Shown here: piece by piece, positions 28,838 to 37,876 of the stretch
How the letters are laid out: each line of letters starts with the position of its first letter
Position numbering within the stretch: the first letter of the stretch is position 1
Virus record (IMG/VR): IMGVR_UViG_3300037782_000115
Span: 43,113 to 107,112 of that record
DNA from: a virus
Strand: one strand, 5' to 3'
DNA length: 64,000 bases
Made by a program: the position numbers and the translations under genes
Notes under the pieces: model-generated
What the model saw: the letters and a program-made list of their open reading frames with translations, nothing else
Databases searched by the model: none
Told to the model about the DNA's origin: nothing

Positions 28838-29236
28838 ATGGATATTGCGTCTGTGGTTGCGGTGTCGAAGGGGCTTGAGCGGTTGGCGTTGGAGGTGGTG
28901 TTGTTTGAGCTCGAGCATTTGGATGGCGGCATGGCGAGACGTCGCGGTTTTTTGGTGTCGCGTGCGTGCAGGACTGTGATGGGCGAGTGCGGGGTCGCGA
29001 GCGAGCGTGCGGGGCTGGCGGCGGGCGTGCGGGAGGCGGTGGATGGGGCGATCGATGTCGCGATCCGGGAAGGGCTCGTGCGGGCGGATGATGGCCTGCT
29101 CACCTGGGTCGGGCCGGAGTTACCCATCGGGCGGGGCGAGAGGGCCGGCGACCGGGTCACGGATCTGGTCCAAGTCGCGGTGTTGGGTATGCTGCTCACC
29201 GCACTCGCCATGTTCTTTGTCCGACTCATCTTCTGA
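28838..29236 (+). CDS. Winged-helix-like protein with a C-terminal TM anchor (paralog 1)
   Basis: AGGAG RBS; AIDVAIREGLVRADDGLLTW; hydrophobic C-terminus. Confidence 0.6.
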   Translation: MDIASVVAVSKGLERLALEVVLFELEHLDGGMARRRGFLVSRACRTVMGECGVASERAGLAAGVREAVDGAIDVAIREGLVRADDGLLTWVGPELPIGRGERAGDRVTDLVQVAVLGMLLTALAMFFVRLIF

Positions 29237-29313
29237 TCGAGAGCAACCGACACGATCGGGTGGGGACCGTGTGTGGAGTGTGCGCTATTTCTGTCGATTC
29301 CATCGTCCGGGTA

Positions 29314-29342
29314 TTGACAAGGTAGTGGGTGCGCTGTACCGT
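29314..29342 (+). promoter_or_regulatory. Sigma70-like promoter
   Basis: TTGACA-N17-TACCGT. Confidence 0.65.
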
Positions 29343-29427
29343 GCGGTTCTCCCCGGGGACATGAGAGATTTCGGGCCCGAGAAGGGCATCGATCAGCAGA
29401 ATCGGGCCCGCTTTTTGGAGTCGCGAT

Positions 29428-29919
29428 ATGGATAACGAACGACCCGCCGCGAACCGCGTTGAGATTGGGCCCCGATTATGGCGATGGCCAGAGGCCGTAA
29501 AGGCGGTCTGCGAGGCCCTCTACACACACTCGACACCGCACGTCAGATCGATCGATCGCCAAGAGCTCGAGGAACTGGCCTTCCAGAAGATCATGAACGC
29601 GGGCGCCAACAGGCCCGCCGCCGTGGTCAGCCGAATGGTCATCCACTCGATCGATGAGTTGATCGAGCGACAGCACATCCGGGAGCTCGGGGGCGGAAAA
29701 AGCCTCTGCCTCACCCAGCTGGGCATCATGGAGTGCACGCCAACCCTCTATCTGACCCCCGAGCACTATGCGACCGGAACGCGGGCGAGTGCGCAGATCC
29801 CGGCGCCGCAGTGGCGACGGGCCACCTCCATCATCCGACTGGTCACCATGCTCGCAATGCCGGTTGTGCTCTACCTGGCGATCCAGGGCGCGAAGGTCGT
29901 GTTTGGAACGGGAGACTGA
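29428..29919 (+). CDS. Winged-helix-like protein with a C-terminal TM anchor (paralog 2)
   Basis: WRWPEAVKAVCEAL; SIDELIERQHI...LCLTQLG; TM near the C-terminus. Confidence 0.6.
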   Translation: MDNERPAANRVEIGPRLWRWPEAVKAVCEALYTHSTPHVRSIDRQELEELAFQKIMNAGANRPAAVVSRMVIHSIDELIERQHIRELGGGKSLCLTQLGIMECTPTLYLTPEHYATGTRASAQIPAPQWRRATSIIRLVTMLAMPVVLYLAIQGAKVVFGTGD

Positions 29920-29920
29920 T

Positions 29921-30826
29921 ATGGGAACCATCATCGCGGGCCGGGAATGGGAGTCGCCAGAAGGCGCGTTGGCGGTGATCGACGCGATTTGCAAGGCGGG
30001 CTATGAAACCGCGGCGGATCTATCCGAGCCGGCGCGAGAATTACTGATCTCCGAGGCCGCCGATGCGCTGCTCGGATCCAGGGTCGGGCTCGAGCGGACA
30101 TCGAGAACACGCGCCGCCGCCGGCTTCGAAGACCTGCTCAGGCTCGAGCTCATCATCAAACACGACGACCACTACCTCATCACCGGCCTCGTCGACGAGT
30201 GGTACCGGGTTCGATGCGCGTTGCGCTCGCACCTCCGAGCCGCGGCCGTCGAGGCCCAGGTCGCCACAAGGATGTCGGCGCGCGGGCCAGACCGCAAAGA
30301 CGACCCCAGAAATTACATCGACGACGAAGTCGATTTTGTAGGGAGTAAACAGATGGGAGATCACAAAGCGAATTCGCCCCACAAAGGGGCGGAAGTCATC
30401 CGGGCTGTGCTGAAAAAATATGGGTGCGGCCCGACATCGGGCGGCATGAGCAAAGAAGGATTGCTGGCAAGAGCCGTGGACACATTGGAGGCACAGTGCT
30501 CCGAAAGGGGGCCGACCCTTCAAGCCATCGCAACGGAGGGCCTCGGTCTACTTCTCGAAAGCGGCGATGTCGAAAGCGTCGACGGCATTATTAGGCTGCG
30601 CGTTGCGACCGCCCCAAGCGGCATTCCAGCCGGCGGCGAAACCAACTGCGACCGGCTCGCCTCCGACAGGGCCGCGTGTCAAGCCGCTGTGTCACGGGCC
30701 GAGGGTGCTTCCGCCTACGCCAACAAGATCCTGCCATGGGTTCTCGGCCTCGCCATTGCGGTCCAGGTCTGCGCCCTGGTCATCGTGGTGCTGGCGGCGA
30801 TGGCGATTGTTCGCATCATGGGCTGA
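29921..30826 (+). CDS. Protein with two winged-helix-like repeats and a C-terminal TM anchor (paralog 3)
   Basis: WESPEGALAVIDAI; FEDLLRLELI..HYLITG; LGLLLESGDV..GIIRL; long hydrophobic C-terminus. Confidence 0.65.
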   Translation: MGTIIAGREWESPEGALAVIDAICKAGYETAADLSEPARELLISEAADALLGSRVGLERTSRTRAAAGFEDLLRLELIIKHDDHYLITGLVDEWYRVRCALRSHLRAAAVEAQVATRMSARGPDRKDDPRNYIDDEVDFVGSKQMGDHKANSPHKGAEVIRAVLKKYGCGPTSGGMSKEGLLARAVDTLEAQCSERGPTLQAIATEGLGLLLESGDVESVDGIIRLRVATAPSGIPAGGETNCDRLASDRAACQAAVSRAEGASAYANKILPWVLGLAIAVQVCALVIVVLAAMAIVRIMG

Positions 30827-30855
30827 GACTCACGATCGATTCACGGGAGGTCAGC

Positions 30856-31338
30856 ATGGACGATCGAGAAGCACAGGCGGCCGAAGGCGGGGAACCGATG
30901 TTCTGGCGGTCGGCCGAGGGCGCGTACGCAGTCATCCAGGCGCTCAAGGGCAAGGACACCCTGCGCAGTGTGCACCACGACACGTTGATCCACTGCGCGG
31001 CGGAATCGATCGCGACCGAGACCGGCGAGAGCCCATGGTGGTCCCACCTCCAGGCGATGTTTGGGCTCGAGGACGCCGTACAAAACGGGGTCATCATCGA
31101 ATCGTCGGGAAGGTATTACCACCTGGCCAACAACGGGGAAGTGCCCCACAGATTGCTCGTCGATCTCCGGGTCGCCCGCAATCAAGAGCAGGACGCCAGG
31201 GCGCTGGGGTCATCACCGACAAGGCGAGAAAGCATCGGCATCGGCGCTGCGGCGGCGCTCTACGTCATGACGTGGGTCGCCGCGGCGATTCTGTTGGCGG
31301 CATTGATCAACCACGTATGCAACACACTCCGGTCATGA
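30856..31338 (+). CDS. Winged-helix-like protein with a C-terminal TM anchor (paralog 4)
   Basis: GGGAGG RBS; WRSAEGAYAVIQAL; GLEDAVQNGVIIESSGRYYHL; TM. Confidence 0.65.
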   Translation: MDDREAQAAEGGEPMFWRSAEGAYAVIQALKGKDTLRSVHHDTLIHCAAESIATETGESPWWSHLQAMFGLEDAVQNGVIIESSGRYYHLANNGEVPHRLLVDLRVARNQEQDARALGSSPTRRESIGIGAAAALYVMTWVAAAILLAALINHVCNTLRS

Positions 31339-31351
31339 AGGACGGGCGAAC

Positions 31352-31894
31352 ATGGAGAGGGTGATGACAGAGACAAAGGCAGTATGTCACGGGTGCAAAG
31401 CGGCTGGCGGTGACGGTAAAGACCCGGCAGCCGTGCGCACTGTGTCCACGAAGAGCCTCCTGCTGACACGCGGCCAGAGGGCAGAGACGATCGCTTGTGA
31501 CGCGGCGCTCTCGGCGTACAAGAACGGGGTCTGGTTGTCGCAACCAGACTTTCGAGAGGAGGTTGTTGGGCAGATTATGGTCCACACTGCGGCCTGGAAG
31601 GCGTTTCTTACAGAGAACAAGGGCAAGGTTGTCGTGGTCGATGAGAAAGACGAATCCGGCGCGACGATCAGGGCGTCGGCGGCGATATCAGAGCTAATTC
31701 TGGCCGGCTATTTCGATATTCGCGACGATGACGAGGGACGCGCCACACTGAGGCTGAACAAGCGTGGTGCTCGCTACGCCAAGAAGGTTGTGCGAGGGTA
31801 CGACCTCGTCGATTTCATCGGCGGGATCGTGCTGAACATAATCTTCTCGGCGATGTTCCTCGCGATCATAGGTTATTGGGTCAAGCCAATCTGA
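31352..31894 (+). CDS. Winged-helix-like protein with a C-terminal TM anchor (paralog 5)
   Basis: AISELILAGYF...LRLNKRG; C-terminal TM. Confidence 0.6.
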   Translation: MERVMTETKAVCHGCKAAGGDGKDPAAVRTVSTKSLLLTRGQRAETIACDAALSAYKNGVWLSQPDFREEVVGQIMVHTAAWKAFLTENKGKVVVVDEKDESGATIRASAAISELILAGYFDIRDDDEGRATLRLNKRGARYAKKVVRGYDLVDFIGGIVLNIIFSAMFLAIIGYWVKPI

Positions 31895-31940
31895 CACTGA
31901 ACAACAAGGACAATGGCCCACCGGGCCGAAGGAGACTCGC

Positions 31941-32234
31941 ATGATTCTCGACTGGAAAACATCAAAAGAAGACACGCTCGTGATCACAAAGATCGCCCGC
32001 CGGGCGATAGATGACGGCGTCACCGATGACGACATGCTCACGGTCAGCATGGACCTGACGGCGGTGCATCTTTCGGTCGGCCTCGAGCTGGCCAACCTCC
32101 TGGCCGCGCCGGCCGACGAATTCCGGCACGACATCGAGGGGATCCAGGAGAACATCAACCGCAGAACCGGCGAGCTCGCCGGGTGCTTTGTGCCCAGATA
32201 CGCGACACCGCAGGCCGAGAAGGGCGGCAAGTGA
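31941..32234 (+). CDS. DUF6874-like phage protein
   Basis: MDLTAVH...LLAA...FRHDIEGI..NINR.TG.L..CFVPRY. Confidence 0.65.
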   Translation: MILDWKTSKEDTLVITKIARRAIDDGVTDDDMLTVSMDLTAVHLSVGLELANLLAAPADEFRHDIEGIQENINRRTGELAGCFVPRYATPQAEKGGK

Positions 32235-32313
32235 TGCTCGGCGCGAGAGAGAACACTGAGTATCCGGCTCGCAACGATGCGCGCACACGCGCCGAGGGTA
32301 AGGGAGCGTAGTT

Positions 32314-32802
32314 ATGACCGAGCAAGAGGCGTTTGTCGGGATCATGAATCTCAGCCGCGAACACAATCTGGGGCTTGAGCCGGACGGGTTCCACCTTGTG
32401 GACTACTCGAACCAAAATAAACCCATGTGGGAGATACGATCCCCAGGCTACGCCTGCTCGCTTAGCCAGGCTTCGAAGCGAGATATCCAGGCACTTACCG
32501 CGACGGCGTCGGCGTGGCTCGAGGAACGCAACATTTGGGTTGTGGGCAAGTGCCACATGCCCGTCATGGTCAGCATCACAATCCATGTTGATATAGGGCT
32601 GGAGCGGGGCGAGACGAAGTCGCGTTCGATCGAGAAGTGCATCGAAGAATACCAGGCGGACGTGTTCTCACACATGAGGCCGCTTCAAGTGCCGGCGTGT
32701 GTGCACGAGAACAAACTCGCCGGAATACACGCAGCGATCGAGGCCGTCGTCAACCGCGGAGACTGCGCCGACGATCCAGGCATCTACACCATGTTATTGT
32801 GA
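32314..32802 (+). CDS. Hypothetical protein
   Basis: AGGGAG RBS. Confidence 0.6.
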   Translation: MTEQEAFVGIMNLSREHNLGLEPDGFHLVDYSNQNKPMWEIRSPGYACSLSQASKRDIQALTATASAWLEERNIWVVGKCHMPVMVSITIHVDIGLERGETKSRSIEKCIEEYQADVFSHMRPLQVPACVHENKLAGIHAAIEAVVNRGDCADDPGIYTMLL

Positions 32803-32859
32803 GCAAATGGATAGACAGGCGGCCGGGTGAGGTCGCCTCAGATCTACCCACGCGTCCAG

Positions 32860-33087
32860 TGACAGGGGCGTGCGGGTTTGCAGGGCCCGCTGCGGAACAG
32901 GCCGCAGCGAAGCCCGTAGCACAAGGCCGGCGTTCTCCGGGCCGAGCGGCCCGGCGTCGGTTTTGGGCAAGTCGTGAGTGCCCGGCAGTAAGCCGCCGAC
33001 TGACTCAGGGAGGGAAACCTCTCTGCGGCGCAAAGTCAGCCCGTCCAGCCCAGCGGGTGCCGAACCACGAAGGGCTCTCCCCTGTCA
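32860..33087 (+). ncRNA. Candidate structured ncRNA (about 230 nt)
   Basis: Intergenic; closing stem TGACAGGGG/CCCCTGTCA encloses at least 5 hairpins. Confidence 0.5.
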
Positions 33088-33124
33088 ACGAAAGGCGGCG
33101 GGCGGGATTGAAAGGAGCAACAGC

Positions 33125-33472
33125 ATGAAGGTAGGCGACACAATATGGGTTGCAAGTTGGGATTCAGTAAACCAGAAAGGCGAAGACCCGACCGTTGAGC
33201 AAGCGGTCGTCTGCCAATACAGGACAGGTCATATATATCCGGTTAATGAAAGAAAAAGGTGGGGAATCATTGACCGGAAGACAATGACATCTGGCGAGTC
33301 GAGCCCATACAGAAACACTGCCTACGGGCACACAAAGGAAGAAGCAATCGAAAGACTTGCCATGATGTTTGAAGAGTCTCGACTCCGTCAACTGCAAGTA
33401 GCAGCGGACTGTATGAGCAGGGCTGAGATTGTTCGGTCTATGTCGAAAGACTTGAAAGGAGCAACAACATGA
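33125..33472 (+). CDS. Hypothetical protein
   Basis: GAAAGGAG RBS; lower GC than its neighbours. Confidence 0.65.
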   Translation: MKVGDTIWVASWDSVNQKGEDPTVEQAVVCQYRTGHIYPVNERKRWGIIDRKTMTSGESSPYRNTAYGHTKEEAIERLAMMFEESRLRQLQVAADCMSRAEIVRSMSKDLKGATT

Positions 33473-33822
33473 GCAAGATGAGTGTGGAAGAAGCAGTTGA
33501 GGTACTTCAAAGAAACAGAAAGCTGTCTGCTTCTGCGAGGGCCGGATTAGTCCTCGCCGACGCCCTCGAAGCCTCGAAGCGGCGGGTGCGGGTGTTGGAG
33601 GGGATCGTCGATCGTTTGCCCAAGACGGCCGACGGCGTGCCGATCACGCATGGGTGCGTGACATATTGCAACGATCGAAACCCATTTCCGCATGAATGGG
33701 CTATACGTCTTCGCAGCGGGGAGACGTTCGAGCAACATTGCAAGAGGGATAATGAGACACACTACTCCACCCGCGAAGCCGCCCTCGCCGCCCAACCAAG
33801 GGAGCACACCGATGTCTGTTGA
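33469..33822 (+). CDS. Hypothetical phage protein
   Basis: GAAAGGAG RBS; LPKTADGVPI...YSTREAA. Confidence 0.65.
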   Translation: MSKMSVEEAVEVLQRNRKLSASARAGLVLADALEASKRRVRVLEGIVDRLPKTADGVPITHGCVTYCNDRNPFPHEWAIRLRSGETFEQHCKRDNETHYSTREAALAAQPREHTDVC

Positions 33823-34015
33823 TGGAATGAAAGACCCGGAAGCCGTTGCTTTGTCTTCCAAGATCATCCAGTTCCGTGACGAAATGATCCGCCTTCGCAG
33901 GACGAGGACCGCCCAGGCATTGGATCACGCTATGGACTGCTACGCCGCCGACGTGAGCGAGAAGCACAAAACGTCGCTCATTCTTGTGTCTCGGAAAACG
34001 AGGAGGCGGCCATGA
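33812..34015 (+). CDS. Hypothetical protein
   Basis: AGGGAG RBS. Confidence 0.5.
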   Translation: MSVDGMKDPEAVALSSKIIQFRDEMIRLRRTRTAQALDHAMDCYAADVSEKHKTSLILVSRKTRRRP

Positions 34016-34407
34016 CCACCGCACAAGGCTTCACCGACGCCGACCTCGTCTTCTGCATCGAGAACATAACCGACGACGCGAGAGCGAGGCTGAACATCAT
34101 GCAGTATGAACACGGCCTTTGGTGTATCGAGCGCGGCGAAGATTTCGGATTTGTTGACGAGTTCACCTACGCCGACCACGCCGCCGTGCTCGCGGAGGTG
34201 GAGATGGAATTGAGGACGAAGCACGGAACGCTGATAGTCCCGATCGCATTTGGGGGCGACATATACTTTGTCCCGTCGCAAATCACAAACATCGCCGGAG
34301 ATACCGTCGAACTCAAGATGGGCGACAAGGTCGGAGACACTCCGGACATCTTCACTGCCGCCCACGACGCACTCGCGCAGGTCAAGGAGGTGGGCGATGC
34401 CAACTGA
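34012..34407 (+). CDS. Hypothetical protein
   Basis: GAGGAGG RBS. Confidence 0.6.
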   Translation: MTTAQGFTDADLVFCIENITDDARARLNIMQYEHGLWCIERGEDFGFVDEFTYADHAAVLAEVEMELRTKHGTLIVPIAFGGDIYFVPSQITNIAGDTVELKMGDKVGDTPDIFTAAHDALAQVKEVGDAN

Positions 34408-34452
34408 CGCCGACCGAGCCGCCCTCGTCGCGCCTTGTAAAGAGGCTGGGAA

Positions 34453-34728
34453 GTGAGCCCCAACCAAATATCACACTGGCGGTCCGTTCTGTTTGAAAAG
34501 TACAGACTATTCCTTGGAGGAATCAAGGAAGAAACAGTCTCTTACCACGCTGGGAAGCTCCTGACTCGGCGAGGATACGAGCGAGTGTACAGGACTGGTG
34601 TGTGGGTCTGGCGGCGTCCGCAAGATACGTCTCGGGGTGTCTCGTCAACAAGCGAACCGCACGCCTGCTACTTGGCGACGTGTAAAGAAGCTGGCGTCAA
34701 GCCGCAGAAGCGCAAGGAAGGCAGGTGA
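34453..34728 (+). CDS. Hypothetical protein
   Basis: Operon packing. Confidence 0.5.
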   Translation: MSPNQISHWRSVLFEKYRLFLGGIKEETVSYHAGKLLTRRGYERVYRTGVWVWRRPQDTSRGVSSTSEPHACYLATCKEAGVKPQKRKEGR

Positions 34729-35156
34729 AGGACGTGTGTACTTCAAGTAACCCAGCCAAAGAACAGAAGAATACGCCAACTGGCGCCGACATCGAAGCGT
34801 TCAGTAGATTCATACGTGTGTGCGAATCACCCGCCAACAAGGCGAGAACCGGAACGCAGAGACTTCGGATGATCGATGGGTGGGAGAATCGTGATGGTCA
34901 CGGCTGGGGACGATGCACGGCGTACCAAGGGAAAATACCACCCACACATCCCGAGCCGATCGACATCCAGGCCGTGCACGGCGCAATCGCCACCTTCTGT
35001 GAGAACAACAACAACCTGATCCAGACGTGGAAAATAAAGGACGGCGAGTGCATGTGTCAGATCGTCGTGGACATGCACCGTGCAATAGCCACTGGTTATG
35101 GGCCGACATACCTGGCCGCCCAAGTGGACGCGATTGAGAATCTGATATATTCGTGA
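34725..35156 (+). CDS. Hypothetical protein
   Basis: GTGA overlap with the upstream gene. Confidence 0.55.
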   Translation: MKDVCTSSNPAKEQKNTPTGADIEAFSRFIRVCESPANKARTGTQRLRMIDGWENRDGHGWGRCTAYQGKIPPTHPEPIDIQAVHGAIATFCENNNNLIQTWKIKDGECMCQIVVDMHRAIATGYGPTYLAAQVDAIENLIYS

Positions 35157-35256
35157 TCGTGCCGGCACCCAACAGGAAGGTGGCGTCGATGGAAGCGGAT
35201 GACAAGATACAGGTTGCTCGCCGGGGCACCTTCCATAAATTCAGGGAGGGGAAGTA

Positions 35257-35442
35257 ATGGGCAAAGAAATGACACCGGGCCGAGCAATTGTTGAGGGCCT
35301 GTCTGGGCTACTGAAAACGCTGCGCGATGGAGCAAAGCCGGAGGAACGCTACAGGTCCGCAACGGTTCGGAGAATCACCAACCCGAAGACCGGCGAGGAA
35401 ATCATCACGCGGATCTCAACAGATCCAAAGGAGCAGAAGTGA
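35257..35442 (+). CDS. Small protein resembling the N-terminal segment of HigA-type antitoxins (no HTH)
   Basis: GRAIVEGLSGLLKTLRDG...RYRSATVRRI; GGAGGG RBS. Confidence 0.45.
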   Translation: MGKEMTPGRAIVEGLSGLLKTLRDGAKPEERYRSATVRRITNPKTGEEIITRISTDPKEQK

Positions 35443-35801
35443 TCACCCCCGATCCCGCCCACATCACCGCATTGCTCGAGTATTTACCCGAAGACGCACT
35501 GAATCGGCTCGGGTGGAAACGCAACAAAGCGATTCGCGGTGGGTGGACCGTACACGACGGGAACACCACGCGATGGGTCGCGACTGCGACCTATACCAAT
35601 CTCGCCGCCATCTGCCACGAGGTCTCAATATGGCTGAGGGACGAGCACGGCAAGATAGTGTCGCCGACCATCAGAAACATAGACGGCGTAAGGCGATGGG
35701 TCCTCGTGCATCTCGCCGAGAATGGGTGTGCACCACGGCTCGACTGTGCCGACAGCGAACCGGCCGCCCTCGTCGCGGCCTGCAAGGAGATAGGGAAGTG
35801 A
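35439..35801 (+). CDS. Hypothetical protein
   Basis: AAGGAG RBS. Confidence 0.6.
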   Translation: MITPDPAHITALLEYLPEDALNRLGWKRNKAIRGGWTVHDGNTTRWVATATYTNLAAICHEVSIWLRDEHGKIVSPTIRNIDGVRRWVLVHLAENGCAPRLDCADSEPAALVAACKEIGK

Positions 35802-36214
35802 GCATGACGAAAGAGGAAGCGATCCATCTCGTCAGCGAGGCCCGCAAGCGAGCCGCAGAGTTGGCCGAGCAGTCGGACTCCGTGAAATCTGAATACGGGC
35901 CGGGCCACAGCGACGGCGCGTGGGAGGACTCGGGCCTAATCTCGCGGCTCGCCGATGCCCTTGAAGCCAGTGAGCAAAAGGTGAAACAACAGGAGTTTGC
36001 GATCTCGGCGTTTTGGAACGAGCACGAGCGCCTGATGAGAGCCAAGTGCGGCATGCCGTCAATCGATCATCTGAGCAAAGAAGAGTTGGTCGTCGTCGAG
36101 ACACCGAATGGTGACCAGTGGATTGTTCACAAGGACATTGGCGCAGCACTTGCCGCAGCGAACACCACACGGACCGCTCACGCGGGCGGCTCGCCGGGAG
36201 ACCATAATGAGTGA
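35798..36214 (+). CDS. Hypothetical protein; N-terminus similar to the 33469 gene
   Basis: Shared M..EEA...LADALEAS. Confidence 0.55.
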   Translation: MSMTKEEAIHLVSEARKRAAELAEQSDSVKSEYGPGHSDGAWEDSGLISRLADALEASEQKVKQQEFAISAFWNEHERLMRAKCGMPSIDHLSKEELVVVETPNGDQWIVHKDIGAALAAANTTRTAHAGGSPGDHNE

Positions 36215-36641
36215 ACAAAAACAGAGACCGTCCCCGTCTCTTGCAGAAGCCGCGGTCGCACTAGACACATTGCGAGGCGAGTACGCGACCCGGGGTGCCG
36301 ACGTGCATGTCGAAGTCACGCAGGGTTTCATATCCAAATGCGTGAGCGTGATGCACAGATCGGCCGACCACATAGAAGAGCTTGAAGCAGAGAAAGTACA
36401 ACTCAAAGACAAGGCCGACGCATACGACATTCTGCAATGGCTGATCAGCGAGGGGCACCACGACTTCCGCTGGGACTACGACTGTGACACCGAGATCGTC
36501 ACGCTTGAATCGTCAGGGCTGACGGTCGAGACCTCACTGCACGAACTCGGGCGCGACAGTGTCGCGACAACGCTTCGGATGCTCAAGGCACTCGCTGAAC
36601 CAAGAAAGCGATCGGATGCGGCCGCCCACAAACAAGCATGA
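36207..36641 (+). CDS. Hypothetical protein
   Basis: GGGAG RBS. Confidence 0.55.
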   Translation: MSEQKQRPSPSLAEAAVALDTLRGEYATRGADVHVEVTQGFISKCVSVMHRSADHIEELEAEKVQLKDKADAYDILQWLISEGHHDFRWDYDCDTEIVTLESSGLTVETSLHELGRDSVATTLRMLKALAEPRKRSDAAAHKQA

Positions 36642-37107
36642 GGACGCGACGGGTGCTCTACACAGGTTCATGTTGCATGCGGCGTGCAATCCGGAGTTAG
36701 GCGGCATTTCTCTGCCCGAAACCATCGTGAAGTGTGTGATTAGCAACACAACCAGCAAGGGCCGCGGCGCCAGGGCGGTCTTATACAGAAACATGTATGT
36801 GGATACGCGCGATATCGGCATCATTGAGTATGGCATGATTGTGAACATAGTGACCTCTGTATTGATGAGCGAGGTTGACAGACTGCACAACCTGAGCGGG
36901 CGCGCCGGCGGCCAGGCGGCAAACATCATGACAAAGCAGAAGATGTCCACAGCAGCCGAGAGGATGGTGGTAGACGAAATAAGCAAACTCGAGAAGAAAG
37001 GAGATCTCGTAGTAGCGATGATCAATCCAACTGACGACACACTAGAGGTCTGGCTACGCCATAAAGATGTGTCGTTCCGTGAACCAGCGGGGCGGATGCC
37101 GCTATGA
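36616..37107 (+). CDS. Hypothetical protein, possibly winged-helix-like (start uncertain)
   Basis: EISKLEKKGDLVV. Confidence 0.5.
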   Translation: MRPPTNKHEDATGALHRFMLHAACNPELGGISLPETIVKCVISNTTSKGRGARAVLYRNMYVDTRDIGIIEYGMIVNIVTSVLMSEVDRLHNLSGRAGGQAANIMTKQKMSTAAERMVVDEISKLEKKGDLVVAMINPTDDTLEVWLRHKDVSFREPAGRMPL

Positions 37108-37472
37108 CAATCGTCGACACGATCGATGGGTCGGACTACGTGGATGCCGCGTGCATCACGGCGGTGTCGCGTATAACAAGCGATGGTTATGTGCCAGAAT
37201 ACATAGCCGTGGTCGACATGGCCGCAGCCAGCCTCGGCGGCGGCCTGGTGCGAGGCAAGAGCGCGGCATCATCGGTCAAGCATTCGCTGGAACGTCTGGT
37301 TTCACAGGGGTACCTAGAGATCGATCAGATCACTGTCATAAAGGGCTCGCCCATCGGGGTCTTGTTGAAGCTCACTAAGAAGGGCGAGTCCTTACAGAAA
37401 ACGGCGGCCGAAACGAGCAAGAGAGCGGAGCAATTTCTAGCAAGGTCGGCGGCCGAGGAGCGCTTTGAATGA
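37104..37472 (+). CDS. Winged-helix-like protein (no TM)
   Basis: SLERLVSQGYLE...LLKLTKKG MarR-like wing pattern. Confidence 0.6.
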   Translation: MTIVDTIDGSDYVDAACITAVSRITSDGYVPEYIAVVDMAAASLGGGLVRGKSAASSVKHSLERLVSQGYLEIDQITVIKGSPIGVLLKLTKKGESLQKTAAETSKRAEQFLARSAAEERFE

Positions 37473-37864
37473 ACAACGTGTGGAAGCGACCAGAGGGTAT
37501 GACGAAGCGGCGATGGGCCAGGTACATCAAGGCCATGGTCTATGTTCTCGAGCAACTTAACAAGTCCAGTGACATAACGAGAAGTAAACTCGTCGAAGTC
37601 GCGAGCAAAGCAAATGCCAACGACGGCGCCATCGTCAGTCAATTAATCGCAATCGGCTCTGTCAACCGGCTGGTCGACCACGGCATGGTTGTGTACGAGC
37701 GCAGTTGTGGCTGCAAAAACAACAGACTGATGTTTATCACTAACAGAGGCATTAGGGAGATGGCCAGAGCCAACAGGCGTGCCGGGCTAAGGAGAGTGTT
37801 GGCCGCGCTGGCCGTCGCTACGGCGTGTGGTGTGATAGCTTTTTTAATCGGATACTTGCAGTAG
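37469..37864 (+). CDS. Winged-helix-like protein with a C-terminal TM anchor (paralog 6)
   Basis: WKRPEG; ITRSKL; SVNRLVDHGMV...FITNRG; C-terminal TM. Confidence 0.65.
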   Translation: MNNVWKRPEGMTKRRWARYIKAMVYVLEQLNKSSDITRSKLVEVASKANANDGAIVSQLIAIGSVNRLVDHGMVVYERSCGCKNNRLMFITNRGIREMARANRRAGLRRVLAALAVATACGVIAFLIGYLQ

Positions 37865-37868
37865 CCAG

Positions 37869-37876
37869 CGTCTAAT
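37869..37876 (+). promoter_or_regulatory. CGTCTAAT motif (candidate late promoter)
   Basis: Intergenic copy of the recurrent motif. Confidence 0.4.
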
